A stretch of 63,543 bases of DNA, filler included, from Octopus bimaculoides (taxonomy: Eukaryota): assembly GCF_001194135.2 (NCBI RefSeq). It is 6 parts of 5 records of this genome, joined end to end, with 100 filler letters (N's around TTAATTAATTAA, not from the genome) between each part and the next. Parts side by side here need not be neighbours in the genome. Positions count along the whole stretch, not along the records: positions 32,257 to 46,299 come from NC_068991.1; positions 46,400 to 54,404 come from NC_069010.1; 4 more parts are not named here. One strand, given 5' to 3'. Of the stretch, positions 41,975 through 53,595 are shown one piece after another (the first letter of the stretch is position 1; every line of letters begins with the position of its first letter). Made by a program: the position numbers and the translations under genes. The notes below the pieces were generated by a model. It searched no databases and was not told where the DNA came from. It saw only the letters and a program-made list of their open reading frames with translations.

Positions 41975-42127
41975 CTAAAAATACCTTAGGAATGAGAACC
42001 TAGGTTCGAAATTTCCCCAAGACACCCGATGAAGGCTGGAGGGTATATCAGCCGAAACATTGTGTTAACAACAAACAAGATGAGGACAAATATCCGTCAA
42101 ATGTAAATAATATAAATAATGTAGAAT
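41975..42127 (+). mobile_element. Penelope-type pseudo-LTR-like short repeat containing a hammerhead-like motif
   Basis: aataccttaggaatgagaacc..gacac CCGATGA a ggctg..cagcc GAAACATT gtgtt..; other copies at 52925-53078 (+) and 41510-41604 (-). Confidence 0.65.
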
Positions 42128-42868
42128 NNNNNNNNNNNNNNNNNNNNNNNNNNNNNNNNNNNNNNNNNNNNNNNNNNNNNNNNNNNNNNNNNNNNNNNNN
42201 NNNNNNNNNNNNNNNNNNTCATTAGTATTATAATGTTATAAATATGACGTTGTAATCCATGTTACAAACAAGTTAGAAGTGCTTAAACGTATACAAAACT
42301 TCAATGATTTTTCAATTCGTTTCCATTGTGATTGCTTTTTCATATTTATATTTATTTTACCTTTTTGTATAGATAATCTTTGAGGTAGACGGAAAGATTA
42401 GGTGTCCATGAGCAGACATAAGGACTGTAAAGGTGTTGGGAACGAGGGAGGAATTCACTAACCCTAACCCTAACCGTAACCCTAACCCAACTCGAATGCT
42501 TGCCACGTTGGAAACATAAGGCATTGATTTTAAAGGAGATGATTTCGTTTTACTTAGTTTTCTCCACTGAGGAAATTCCGAACACTAAGACATGCTTCTT
42601 ATTAATTAATTAATTAATTGATTGATTAATTAATTAATTTATTTATGACATGCCGTAATTAGTATTACAACACACTGCAAACACAAGCTTAATCTTAAGG
42701 ATTGGATGTTCTTTGCAGCTTTGAGTTGTTTCCCTTAAATAGTTAAATAAGGAGTAGCCTCCCTTGACCTAAAATTTTTAATATTCAAGTTTTTACTTCG
42801 TATTCACAAAATTTTTAAAGCATTGACGATGGAAAATTTTTTATTCGTCTCGTTATATTTCCTAGAAT

Positions 42869-43522
42869 TAGGGCGGCTGCGAGCTGGCAGAAACGTTAGC
42901 ACGCCGGGCGAAGTGCTTAGCGGTATTTCGTCTGCCTTTAAGGTACTGAGTTCAAATCCAGCAAGGTCGAGTTTGCCTTTCATCCTTTCGGAGTCGATAA
43001 ATTAAGTACCAGTGACGCACTGGAGCGATATAATCGATTTAATCCGTTTGTCTGTCGTTGTTTGTCCCCTGTATGTGGCCCCTTGTGGGCAGTAAAGGAA
43101 TAAGAAACGTTAGCACGCCGGAAGGAATGCTTAGCGATATTTCATCTATCTTTACGTTCTGAGTTCAAATTCCGCCGAAGTCGACTTTGCTTTCATCTTT
43201 TCGGAGTCGATAAATTAAGTACCAGTTACGCACTGAGGTCGATATAATCGAATTAATCCCTTTGGCTGTCCTTGTTTGTCCCCTCTATATTTAGCCACTT
43301 GTGGGCAATAAATAAATAGGAAACGTTAGCACGCAGGGCGAAATGTTTAGCAGTATATTTCGTCTGTCTTTACGTTCCGAGTTCAAATCCGCCGAGGTTG
43401 ACTTTGCCTTTCATCCTTTCAGGGTCGATAAATTAAGTACAAGTTGCGTTCTGGGATCGAACTAATCGACTGGCCCCCTTCCCACAAATTTTCTGGCCTT
43501 GTACCTAGAGTAGAAAAGAATA
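42869..43522 (+). mobile_element. tRNA-derived SINE family B, head-to-tail trimer
   Basis: Three units of gaaacgttagcacgcc..gagttcaaat..ctttcatcctttcgg.gtcgataaattaagtacca. Other copies near 1720-1830, 1890-2085, 2090-2250, 4788-5195, 13325-13775, 32810-33130, 33573-34152, 35150-35366, 41270-41460, 48080-48200, 55400-55520, 56240-56600, 58985-59075. Confidence 0.9.
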
Positions 43523-43817
43523 TTTCCTAAAAGTTAACAAAGCAAATACAATAAAACTACATCCGAAATCAAATACCAGATTTAACACCATAACAAGTTG
43601 CACGAATAGTTAATATATAGATGAACAATATTTAGTCTTTAATTGCCCAAGGTTAATTACTGGTATGCATATCATTAATTCCGAGTGAGCTTAGTAGATG
43701 GAGTGAATGTATATATATTCGTAGCTGGAACGATGTGAAACGTTTCCTAAGTAAAATAGAAAAAAAAAAAAATTGTGTATGACGGATGTAGAGTAATTCT
43801 TCACGCGTTTGTAAATT

Positions 43818-43861
<44 letters not shown>

Positions 43862-43874
43862 CACATGCACACAC

Positions 43875-43938
<64 letters not shown>

Positions 43939-44030
43939 GCACGCGATAGGCTTCTTTCAGTTTCCGTCTACCAAATCCATTCACAAGATACGAGTGGAGA
44001 GTTTGATGTGGGTCTGGTATTAGCCTGTGA

Positions 44031-44366
44031 AGGCGCATGGCTCAGTGGTTAGAGCGTCGAGCTTACGTTCACGAATTTGTGAGTTCGAATCCCGGACCGG
44101 GTTGCATGTTGTGTTCTTGAGCAAGACACTTTATTTCACGTTGCTCCAGTTCACTCAGCTGTAGAAATGAGTTGCGACGTCACTGGTGCCAAGCTGTGAC
44201 GGCTCCTTTGCCTTTCCCTTGGATAACTTCAGTTGCGTAGAGATGGGAACTGGTATGCATGGGAGACTGCTGGTCTTCCATAAAACAACCTTGCCCGGAC
44301 TTGTGCCTGGGAGGATAACTTTTTATGTGCAATCTCATGGTCAGTCATGACCGAAGGGTTCCTCAG
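44031..44366 (+). mobile_element. tRNA-derived SINE family D
   Basis: ggcgcatggctcagtggttagagcg..gagttcgaatccc (A and B boxes) followed by a ttgagcaagacactt..cactcagctgtagaaatgag core. Confidence 0.8.
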
Positions 44367-44496
44367 CTTATATATATATATATNNNNNNNNNNNNNNNNN
44401 NNNNNNNNNNNNNNNNNNNNNATCTGCCTGTGTATGTATGTATGTATGTATGTATGTATGTATGTATCTATCTGTCTATCTATTTATCTATTGATG

Positions 44497-44602
<106 letters not shown>

Positions 44603-44644
44603 TAAAGTGGTATGTAATCGTAAGATCCAAGGACCTAGGTGTTG

Positions 44645-45480
44645 GAATCTTGTTGAATTATTCAATTTCGGCTAACCGATTTACTTCCAAGATTCTTAAT
44701 TCACAATGGTAATATCACTTCTAGTGTCTAACTACATTTTTACTCATATATTTTCTATTTTCACCTTTACGAATTTCTTCTTTGTTATTTCGACGACTTG
44801 TATATTCTTTTTTCTTTGTTCCAACGTTTTGTCATCTTGGTTAGTGCGCTTTTACGTGTCGAATTTTTCCACATGGAAACATTCTACTTTCTCAAATGGG
44901 CAGTTTTCCTCAGATGTAGAACCCACCACGTGCAAAACATGGGCCTGTATTCTGATTTTTTGTCCTGTTTGTACTGTATTTTAGTACCTCCTAGATTTCT
45001 ATTCTGTGTGTTTTGCACTTGTTCCATTTGGGAGCAATCTTTATGTTCAATTTTCTCTGCGTCGTGTCTTAAATTTTCTATTCTTTCACACTCTTCTGAC
45101 ACTTGTAAGGTTACAGCTTGGTTTTTTGTTCCAGTTTAGCGAGAATTCTTATTCTTGCTTCTGCGTCTCTTTTCTGCAGTTAGTCCATGAGTAAATATCA
45201 GACACTTGAGCGAATCTGGCGTTAATTCGTCCAGTTTAAACTTTTAACATTATCTCTTAACTCTACCAGCATATGTCACGTAGTCTACCTCGTTGTTCTT
45301 TTCTAGGTTAAAAAATTTCCAGCGTGTATCGCACAACGAGATTTTCTCGCTAAAAATTTTACACAATATGACTATCGTATTTCTAAAGTTTATGTCATAA
45401 GGTTCTTCGGGAATACGTAATTGCTGTAACGCTCATGTTCTTCCGCTGGCTGTTTTCTTAGGATTAGAAGCTTATTATTT
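44645..45480 (-). mobile_element. Ty3/gypsy LTR retrotransposon gag-protease fossil
   Basis: Minus: EHERYSNYVFPKN..TRWKFFNL..YAGRV..KCLIFTHGL..RIRILAKLEQ..EECERIENLRHD, a decayed CCHC region, then LDTRSDITIVN (decayed LDTGS protease site); many stops. Confidence 0.85.
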
Positions 45481-46258
45481 ACAATTTTTACAATTTTACA
45501 ATATTGAAATACACTAGTACCTTCATGCGTTACGCAATCATCAGGCTTATGTAGTGACAATCGTATTCCACAATCGACAACTATTATAAACACATAGCTT
45601 TCTGTGATACATCACAAGTATAGCGTTGTGTATGACATACCACAGATATAGTTTCTTAGTTTTACATTCACTTTCAGATACGCGCTTACATACAACGATC
45701 TCATTTTCTCACAGTTACTGCGCTTCTATATTTCTATCTTAAGTTGGGTCTCCTTGCTTAATATTTTATCAAACTGCTAATCGCTCGGTCTCTGCCTGCC
45801 CATCTGTCTGCCTGTCTGTCTCTCTGTCTCATTTTGTCTCTCTTTGTGTATGTGCCTCTGTCTGTCTGCTTATATGTGTGTGCGTATGCCAGCGTGTGTG
45901 TGTATTTACACGGATGGGACAAAATAATTAAAACACTTTTTTAAACGGATATTTTATTATTTGATCCAGAGTTTGTCCTAATTTGGCTTCTTGCAATTGA
46001 ATCTACTTTAGCGCATACAACGACGATGACAGCTGGAAACAGCTCCTTACTTGCTGCTTCAAGATGCACAATAAATGTTCAGTTATAGGCGCAGGAGTGA
46101 CTCTGTGGTAAGTAGCTTGCTTACCAACCACATGGTTCCGGGTTCAGACCCACTGCGTGGCACCTTGGGCAAGTGTCTTCTACTATAGCCTCGGGCCGAC
46201 CAAAGCCATGTGAGTGGATTTGATAGACGGAAACTGAAAGAAGCCCGTCGTATATATG

Positions 46259-46299
<41 letters not shown>

Positions 46300-46651
46300 N
46301 NNNNNNNNNNNNNNNNNNNNNNNNNNNNNNNNNNNNNNNNNNNTTAATTAATTAANNNNNNNNNNNNNNNNNNNNNNNNNNNNNNNNNNNNNNNNNNNNC
46401 ACCATTCTGTATTGTAAATCCATGGTCGTGTTCCCGTGTATACTGTTTTTTTTTCACACAGGGTCATGTAAACAAGACAAGATATAAAATAATGGTCACT
46501 ATATATATTTTTTCTTTGCTGTAGTAAATTTCACTTAAGTCTATTTCCAGTTGTCATCATAGATTCGTTATTGATAGGTTTACCCAATCGGCCCATTGAT
46601 CGGTTGAGAGAAATCGAACGACCTGAAAAATGAATGAGTCATTTCTAGTTT

Positions 46652-46714
<63 letters not shown>

Positions 46715-47069
46715 CGTTCATCTACTTAAGAGATATTTTTTCTTATTTCACTGCCTTGATAACGTTTGTGTTAGCATATATATTCCGATATATTAATTTC
46801 ACTGGTATTTCATACCTTATTTTTCTCTGTCTGAATATCCTGGCACAATATAAACGATCATCGATAATCATCATGGTGTAATCACCAATTAAAGATTGAT
46901 TTTATCCATTCTTATTCTCGTTGACTTATACTCCGAATTTATTGAAATTCTAAACGGAATTTGCATTTACTTGTCAAACATGAAGAATTACTTTCGATGT
47001 TTTTTCTACTTGCATTTATCGGGATCTGATTGTTGGATATAATTAACCAAATTCATTTAACACTGCTTT

Positions 47070-47165
47070 AAAACCAAAGCAGGACGAGTATCTCTAGTCA
47101 TTTATAATAATTTAATTAACTAAATTATTCTAAATGACTTGAGATACTCGTCCTGCCTTGGTTTT
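47070..47165. repeat. Imperfect hairpin or MITE
   Basis: aaaaccaaagcaggacgagtatctctagtcattta versus taaatgacttgagatactcgtcctgccttggtttt (35 bp, 2 mismatches), plus an inner aataattta/taaattatt pair. Confidence 0.85.
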
Positions 47166-47337
47166 TTGTTGTCCTTTCCCTCTTATATATATCTGCTAAC
47201 ACGGAAGCCGAATACGGATCGGATCGGATCCATAGCTCCAGCCTCAGTTGTGAACTTGGAACCTAACGGATGACCAATTATAGCATAGCCCTTACACAGC
47301 GTACCTATTGGTTTAGATCACCAGTAAACTAAAAACC

Positions 47338-47386
<49 letters not shown>

Positions 47387-47394
47387 CATACATA

Positions 47395-47645
47395 GTGGTG
47401 GTTGTCCACTCCTTACACAGAGTTTGACCACCTCCTGCACCTACACCTTAGCCCTTTCATGGCGTCTGATGTGGCTTTTTAAACCAGACAATGTTCTGAA
47501 GAAGAAAAACACCCACGCAGATTGCACCTCTGATTTGAACTACCAATACCTGCAGGTAAGTTCTGCTCATTGTGGATCCTAACATGTCTTTTAAGACCCC
47601 CACTGGATTTGCAAGCCCTCTGGCACACACCACATTCAAGCGTGT
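47395..47645 (-). mobile_element. Two decayed C2H2 zinc fingers at an ORF end, probably a LINE (RTE-type) 3' terminus
   Basis: ECGVCQRACKSSGGLKRHVRIH, then CNL..(frameshift)LSGLKSHIRRHERAKV*, a short UTR and a microsatellite tail. Confidence 0.55.
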
Positions 47646-49800
47646 GCAGACATATAATCAGAATACATACATACATACATACATAGGTATGTCGATGTAA
47701 ACAGGAAAAATAGAACGCAAAATATGGATACGTGCATATTTTTATTAACATTTACCAGAAGTAACAGTGTGACTCAAGGCCTGAGAGTTTGGTTAGGGCC
47801 AACGCAACGAAACTCTCGAACTTCCAGTCACTCTGTTGCTTCTGCTAAATATCAATAATATATATATGTTTTCGTGTGATGATCAGGCCCCTCGACACAA
47901 CGATACAAGGAAATTTGTTGTCTTGAAGAGAGAGAAGAAAAAAAGGATGTTTACTGGCTAAAAGCGGTCCTTTAACGACCTTCTTGGCAGATTGTTTGCG
48001 TGTTTATGTGTGTGTGAGAAAGAGAGAGAGAGAGGGGGGGGGGTCCCTTGTATCTTGAATGGGACTTTTATTATTTCATTCTTAATCGACATCCTGCAAG
48101 GCTGACATCAACGAGATTTGAACTCGGAACGCGAAGAGCCGGAACAAATTTTGCCAGACATTTTGTGTAACGCTCTAACGATTCCGACAATCGAGCGCTC
48201 TGTATGTATTGTGTACGGTATGTGCATGCATAATGTATGTATGTATAATGCGCATATATATATATAAATATATATATACATATATGTGTGTGTGTATTTA
48301 TATATGTGTAATTTACATCTGCGTGTGTATAATATATATATATATATATATATACATACAGGTGGATGTCGGTATGCACATACCTGTATGTATACATGCA
48401 TATACTCATTTACTATTTGTTTATATATATANNNNNNNNNNNNNNNNNNNNNNNNNNNNNNNNNNNNNNNNNNNNNNNNNNNNNNNNNNNNNNNNNNNNN
48501 NNNNNNNNNNNNNNNNNNNNNNNNNNNNNNNNNNNNNNNNNNNNNNNNNNNNNNNNNNNNNNNNNNNNNNNNNNNNNNNNNNNNNNNNNNNNNNNNNNNN
48601 NNNNNNNNNNNNNNNNNNNNNNNNNNNNNNNNNNNNNNNNNNNNNNNNNNNNNNNNNNNNNNNNNNNNNNNNNNNNNNNNNNNNNNNNNNNNNNNNNNNN
48701 NNNNNNNNNNNNNNNNNNNNNNNNNNNNNNNNNNNNNNNNNNNNNNNNNNNNNNNNNNNNNNNNNNNNNNNNNNNNNNNNNNNNNNNNNNNNNNNNNNNN
48801 NNNNNNNNNNNNNNNNNNNNNNNNNNNNNNNNNNNNNNNNNNNNNNNNNNNNNNNNNNNNNNNNNNNNNNNNNNNNNNNNNNNNNNNNNNNNNNNNNNNN
48901 NNNNNNNNNNNNNNNNNNNNNNNNNNNNNNNNNNNNNNNNNNNNNNNNNNNNNNNNNNNNNNNNNNNNNNNNNNNNNNNNNNNNNNNNNNNNNNNNNNNN
49001 NNNNNNNNNNNNNNNNNNNNNNNNNNNNNNNNNNNNNNNNNNNNNNNNNNNNNNNNNNNNNNNNNNNNNNNNNNNNNNNNNNNNNNNNNNNNNNNNNNNN
49101 NNNNNNNNNNNNNNNNNNNNNNNNNNNNNNNNNNNNNNNNNNNNNNNNNNNNNNNNNNNNNNNNNNNNNNNNNNNNNNNNNNNNNNNNNNNNNNNNNNNN
49201 NNNNNNNNNNNNNNNNNNNNNNNNNNNNNNNNNNNNNNNNNNNNNNNNNNNNNNNNNNNNNNNNNNNNNNNNNNNNNNNNNNNNNNNNNNNNNNNNNNNN
49301 NNNNNNNNNNNNNNNNNNNNNNGGCCGCGTATATTATGACCTCCGTACCTTCAATTGCCACTATTTATCTCCCTCTCTTCCTTACTTTACCATCCCATCT
49401 ATGCTCTGATCCTTGTTACTTGTGAGTGTACCCTGGCACTTCGCTGCCATCTTTCTCTTGCATTTTTGCTGTTTCTCCCACCCACACTCTCTCTCTCTCT
49501 CTTTCCCTTACTCTTCCCTCTGGCTAGGTAACCAAGTATCTCCTTTACATCAGCACACCTGTTTCTGTCCTTTTTCTTGTTACCTTTCTCTCTCTCTCTC
49601 TCTCTTTCCATCTCTCTTCCTCTCTCTCTCTCTTGGCCGGGTAACCACGTACCTCCTTTATAACAAAACACTTGGATATATTTCAAAACGGGGGCACCAG
49701 TATTTTCTTAACGAAACACTTTGTAGAATGTGTCATATAAAACATCTTTTACTCTTAGTCTTCTTAACAAAAAAACGTACATCGCAAGTTATTCCATGTT

Positions 49801-50133
49801 AAAGTTGTCATATTTCTGTAATTTCAACCAATCACTGACGTCTATTCAGCTGAATAGAGTTACTGCTGGGCGGTCATAAAAATGTTATTCCCTGTGACAT
49901 TTTTCATCCAGTTTAATCGTAATTTATACGCATATATTGTTTATATAATAAATTACGCTGTGCGTATCTATGTGTGTAACAATTTCAGAGTTCGGATTCT
50001 AGAGTTAGGGTTAGTTTTAGGGTTAGGGTTAGGGTTAGGGGATTAATACGATATACACCATTACAGCGCTAACTGTTTTCAACTGAATAGACGTCAGTGA
50101 TTAGTAGAAATTATCGAAATAAGACAATTTTTT
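49801..50133. mobile_element. MITE-like element with about 54 bp imperfect terminal inverted repeats and internal (TTAGGG)n
   Basis: Left aaagttgtcatatttctgtaatttcaaccaatcactgacgtctattcagctgaa versus reverse complement of right aaaattgtcttatttcgataatttctactaatcactgacgtctattcagttgaa; gttagggttag..agggttagggttagggttaggg at about 50003-50040. Confidence 0.75.
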
Positions 50134-50649
50134 ACATGAAATAAATTCGAATACAAAATTTATTTTCTGTTCTATAACACAAAATAGATAAGTATACGAA
50201 GTTTGAAAGTCTTTCGGTACCAAACCCCCTTTTTGAAATAGATCCAAACACTTGTTTCTGCCTCTCTGTCTCTTTGTCACACTCCAACCTTTCATCATCT
50301 GACACAAGATCCTTTCCTCCAATGCTTCCTCTCTTCTCAAAATTCCTTGTCGTGCAAGTTACTTGGTGACCCTGCCGATGCTGGGGGCCACGTAAAAAAG
50401 CATCCATTCCACACGGTAAAGTGGTTGGCATTTCAAAGGGCATCCAGCCGTGAAAACCATGCCAAAACTGATCTCGTGTGTGCTAGTACCATGTGGAGTG
50501 GTTGGTGTTATGAAGGGCATCCAGCCGTAAAAACCCTGCTGAAACAGACACGATAGCCTGGCCGGCTCCTGTCAAACAGGCCAACCCATGCCAGAATGGA
50601 AGGCGGACATGTGTGCTGGTGCACTGTCTTGCAAAAACAGGATACCACA

Positions 50650-51040
50650 GTTCAGCTTTCCACAGTGTTTCTCTGTTTCACAGCTTCACGCAATTTGTCC
50701 GACAGAAACATGTAGTATTCTGCGCTGACGATGCAACGCTTTGGAGGTATTTTATGAGGAGTACTCAGTCTTTGCCCCTGAACACTGAAGCCAGAATTTT
50801 CCCAGCTGATTTCTGGGTTCGAAACTTCTCGGGGCGCGGTGAACCACTGTGACGCCACTCAGTCGATTGCTACTTGGTCTAGGGGATCATAAGGATGAAG
50901 CCAAGTTTTCATCCATGGTGACTAAACGAGCCGTAAAATCAGCCTCTCCCGCTACAAACTGATCCAAAATCGCGCCTTTGACGTCGTCACTCTGATGCGC
51001 GTCTAATCTGCGTTGAGGTATTTCGGCACCCATCTGTACA
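50650..51040 (-). mobile_element. Mariner transposase fossil
   Basis: FTARLVTMDENLASSL..SQWFTAPR..AEYYMFLSDKLREAVKQR (first catalytic Asp and 'EYY..LL..LR.AI'). Confidence 0.75.
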
Positions 51041-51230
51041 CCAATCTTCACTGCATGTAAGGGTGATTCGACAAATTCATGAGGATTGAGAGCACTCCAG
51101 ATACAAGTGTTTAGGTATCCTGATAGGTGAATCCAAACCTCGTCACTGAAGAAGGTCATGTCAATCAGAGAGAGACAATATTTTGACAGTTAATCAATCG
51201 AGTCAACTTTTAAATTTTACACCCTGTACA
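51040..51230 (-). mobile_element. Internally deleted Tc1-like element end: TIR plus FSDE motif
   Basis: Minus strand starts TACAGGGTGTAAAA (plus strand caccctgta, about 51220-51228) and reads FFSDEVWIHLSGYLNTCIWSALNPHEFVESPLHAVKIGV. Confidence 0.75.
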
Positions 51231-52170
51231 TTACGATTTTTGTCAAAATTTCAAGTTTCAGTTTGTAGATATATTTGATGTGTCAGTATGTATGTATATG
51301 AACCCGCCAATTTTTTTTTTTTTCGTATTAAATTCCTATATAGGCGCAGGAGTGGCTGTGTGTTAAGTAGCTTGCTTATCAACCACATGGTTCTGGATTC
51401 AGTCCCACTGCATGGCACCTTGGGCAAGTATCTTCTACTATAGCCTCGGGCCGACCAAAGCCTTGTGAGTGGATTTGGTAGAGGGAAACTTCAAGAAGCC
51501 TGTCGTATATATATATATGTGTGTGTGCGTGTGTGCTTGCCCCCCCCCCAACTTCGCTTGACAACCGAGGCTCGTATGTTNNNNNNNNNNNNNNNNNNNN
51601 NNNNNNNNNNNNNNNNNNNNNNNNNNNNNNNNNNNNNNNNNNNNNNNNNNNNNNNNNNNNNNNNNNNNNNNNNNNNNNNNNNNNNNNNNNNNNNNNNNNN
51701 NNNNNNNNNNNNNNNNNNNNNNNNNNNNNNNNNNNNNNNNNNNNNNNNNNNNNNNNNNNNNNNNNNNNNNNNNNNNNNNNNNNNNNNNNNNNNNNNNNNN
51801 NNNNNNNNNNNNNNNNNNNNNNNNNNNNNNNNNNNNNNNNNNNNNNNNNNNNNNNNNNNNNNNNNNNNNNNNNNNNNNNNNNNNNNNNNNNNNNNNNNNN
51901 NNNNNNNNNNNNNNNNNNNNNNNNNNNNNNNNNNNNNNNNNNNNNNNNNNNNNNNNNNNNNNNNNNNNNNNNNNNNNNNNNNNNNNNNNNNNNNNNNNNN
52001 NNNNNNNNNNNNNNNNNNNNNNNNNNNNNNNNNNNNNNNNNNNNNNNNNNGATACAATGTTTCATCGGAAGCATATTTGTAGAAAATTTTATGAGAAAAT
52101 ATCCATTTTTCTGGAAGTTATGAGGAAACAAAGTCTGTGGAGGTTACACATCTGTAGAAATTCCTATAGA

Positions 52171-52547
52171 GTCCGACGCAGTGGCCCAGTGGTTAGGGCG
52201 GACTCGCGCTTGTAGGATCGCGGTTTCGATTCCCAGACCAGGCGTTGTTAATGTTTATTGAGTGAAAACACCTGAAGTTCCACGAGGCTCCGGCAGGTGG
52301 TGGTGGCGAACCCTGCTGTACTCTTTCACCACAACTTTCTCTCACTCTTACTTCCTGTTTCTGTTGTACCCGTATCTCAAAGGGCTAGCCGTGTTACACT
52401 CTGTGTCACGCTGAATCTCCTTGAGATCTACGTTAAGAGTACACGTGTCTGTGGAGTGCTCAGCCACTTGCACGTTAATTTCATGAGCAGGCTGTTCCGT
52501 TGATTGGATCAACTGAAACCCTCGTCGTCGTAACCGACGGAGTGCCA
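52171..52547 (+). mobile_element. tRNA-derived SINE family C, full length
   Basis: A box (tggcccagtggttagg) and B box (ggtttcgattccc); the body matches reverse-complement copies at 33320-33572 and 54225-54395; 3' end tcgtcgtcgtaaccgacggagtgccac. Confidence 0.85.
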
Positions 52548-52618
52548 CGATATAGTGACGGATGGATGGCTGGATATATGTACGAGTACATACATACATA
52601 CACCAAATTCAGGAGACT

Positions 52619-52660
<42 letters not shown>

Positions 52661-52924
52661 GGCAGGCAGGCAGGCAGGCAGGCAGACAGATAAGATATTC
52701 CGACTAACTCGCAGACACATTTATTTCATTATGGTAATGTTGAACAATAGCGTCGTCAACGAATTAGTGACGGATTTTTTTTCTTTTCTTTTCTTATCTT
52801 TTATTTAACGAGGTGTTAAAGCAGTGAATCCCAATACGGGGCCTGGGGAAATTCTTCTGGGGCGTGGGATCTAAGTTTTTTCCTTTTATTTTTTAGCGAA
52901 TAATAATAATAATAATAATAACAT

Positions 52925-53078
52925 TGAAGAATACCTTAGGAATGAGAACCCAGGTTCAAAATTACCCCAAGACACCTGATGAAGGCTGGAGGGTATATCA
53001 GCCGAAACGTGTTAACAACAAACAAGATGAGGACAAATATCCATCAAATGTAAATAATGTATATAATCTACACACTTA
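52925..53078 (+). mobile_element. Second copy of the Penelope-type short repeat
   Basis: High identity to 41975-42127; core CTGATGA..GAAAC intact. Confidence 0.65.
52971..53013 (+). ncRNA. Degenerate minimal type I hammerhead ribozyme motif
   Basis: GACAC-CTGATGA-A-GGCTG(gagggtatat)CAGCC-GAAACGT-GTT; 3 nt deleted at the cleavage site relative to the 42021-42066 copy. Confidence 0.55.
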
Positions 53079-53446
53079 NNNNNNNNNNNNNNNNNNNNNN
53101 NNNNNNNNNNNNNNNNNNNNNNNNNNNNNNNNNNNNNNNNNNNNNNNNNNNNNNNNNNNNNNNNNNNNNNNNNNNNNNNNNNNNNNNNNNNNNNNNNNNN
53201 NNNNNNNNNNNNNNNNNNNNNNNNNNNNNNNNNNNNNNNNNNNNNNNNNGAATCTACATCATCTGAAGATTATTTGTAAAAAATTTCAGTGAAATTGTTT
53301 TTTCTTTTAGTCTGTATTATCTCAGCTTTCACATTTCAAAGAGGTGATAATTTATTTTTGAGAATGACATTGTAGGGTAGTTGTGAGAGGCCAGACCTGG
53401 CCATTCTGAACATGAAACAATATTTGGGCCTAATATGTATATTAGT

Positions 53447-53595
53447 GGTTGGCGTTAGGAAGGGCATCCAGCTGTAGAAACTCTGCCAAATTTGATTGGA
53501 GCCTGGTGTAGCCATCCGGTTTCACCAGTCCTCAATCAAATCATCCAACCCATGCTAGCATGGAAAGCAGACGTTAAACGATGATGATGATGATG
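53447..53595 (+). mobile_element. SINE/LINE-tail family with ggaagggcatccagc.gta motif and (GAT)n tail
   Basis: Shares the gttggc..aagggcatccagc.gt..aaac motif with a partly duplicated copy at 50345-50610. Confidence 0.7.
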
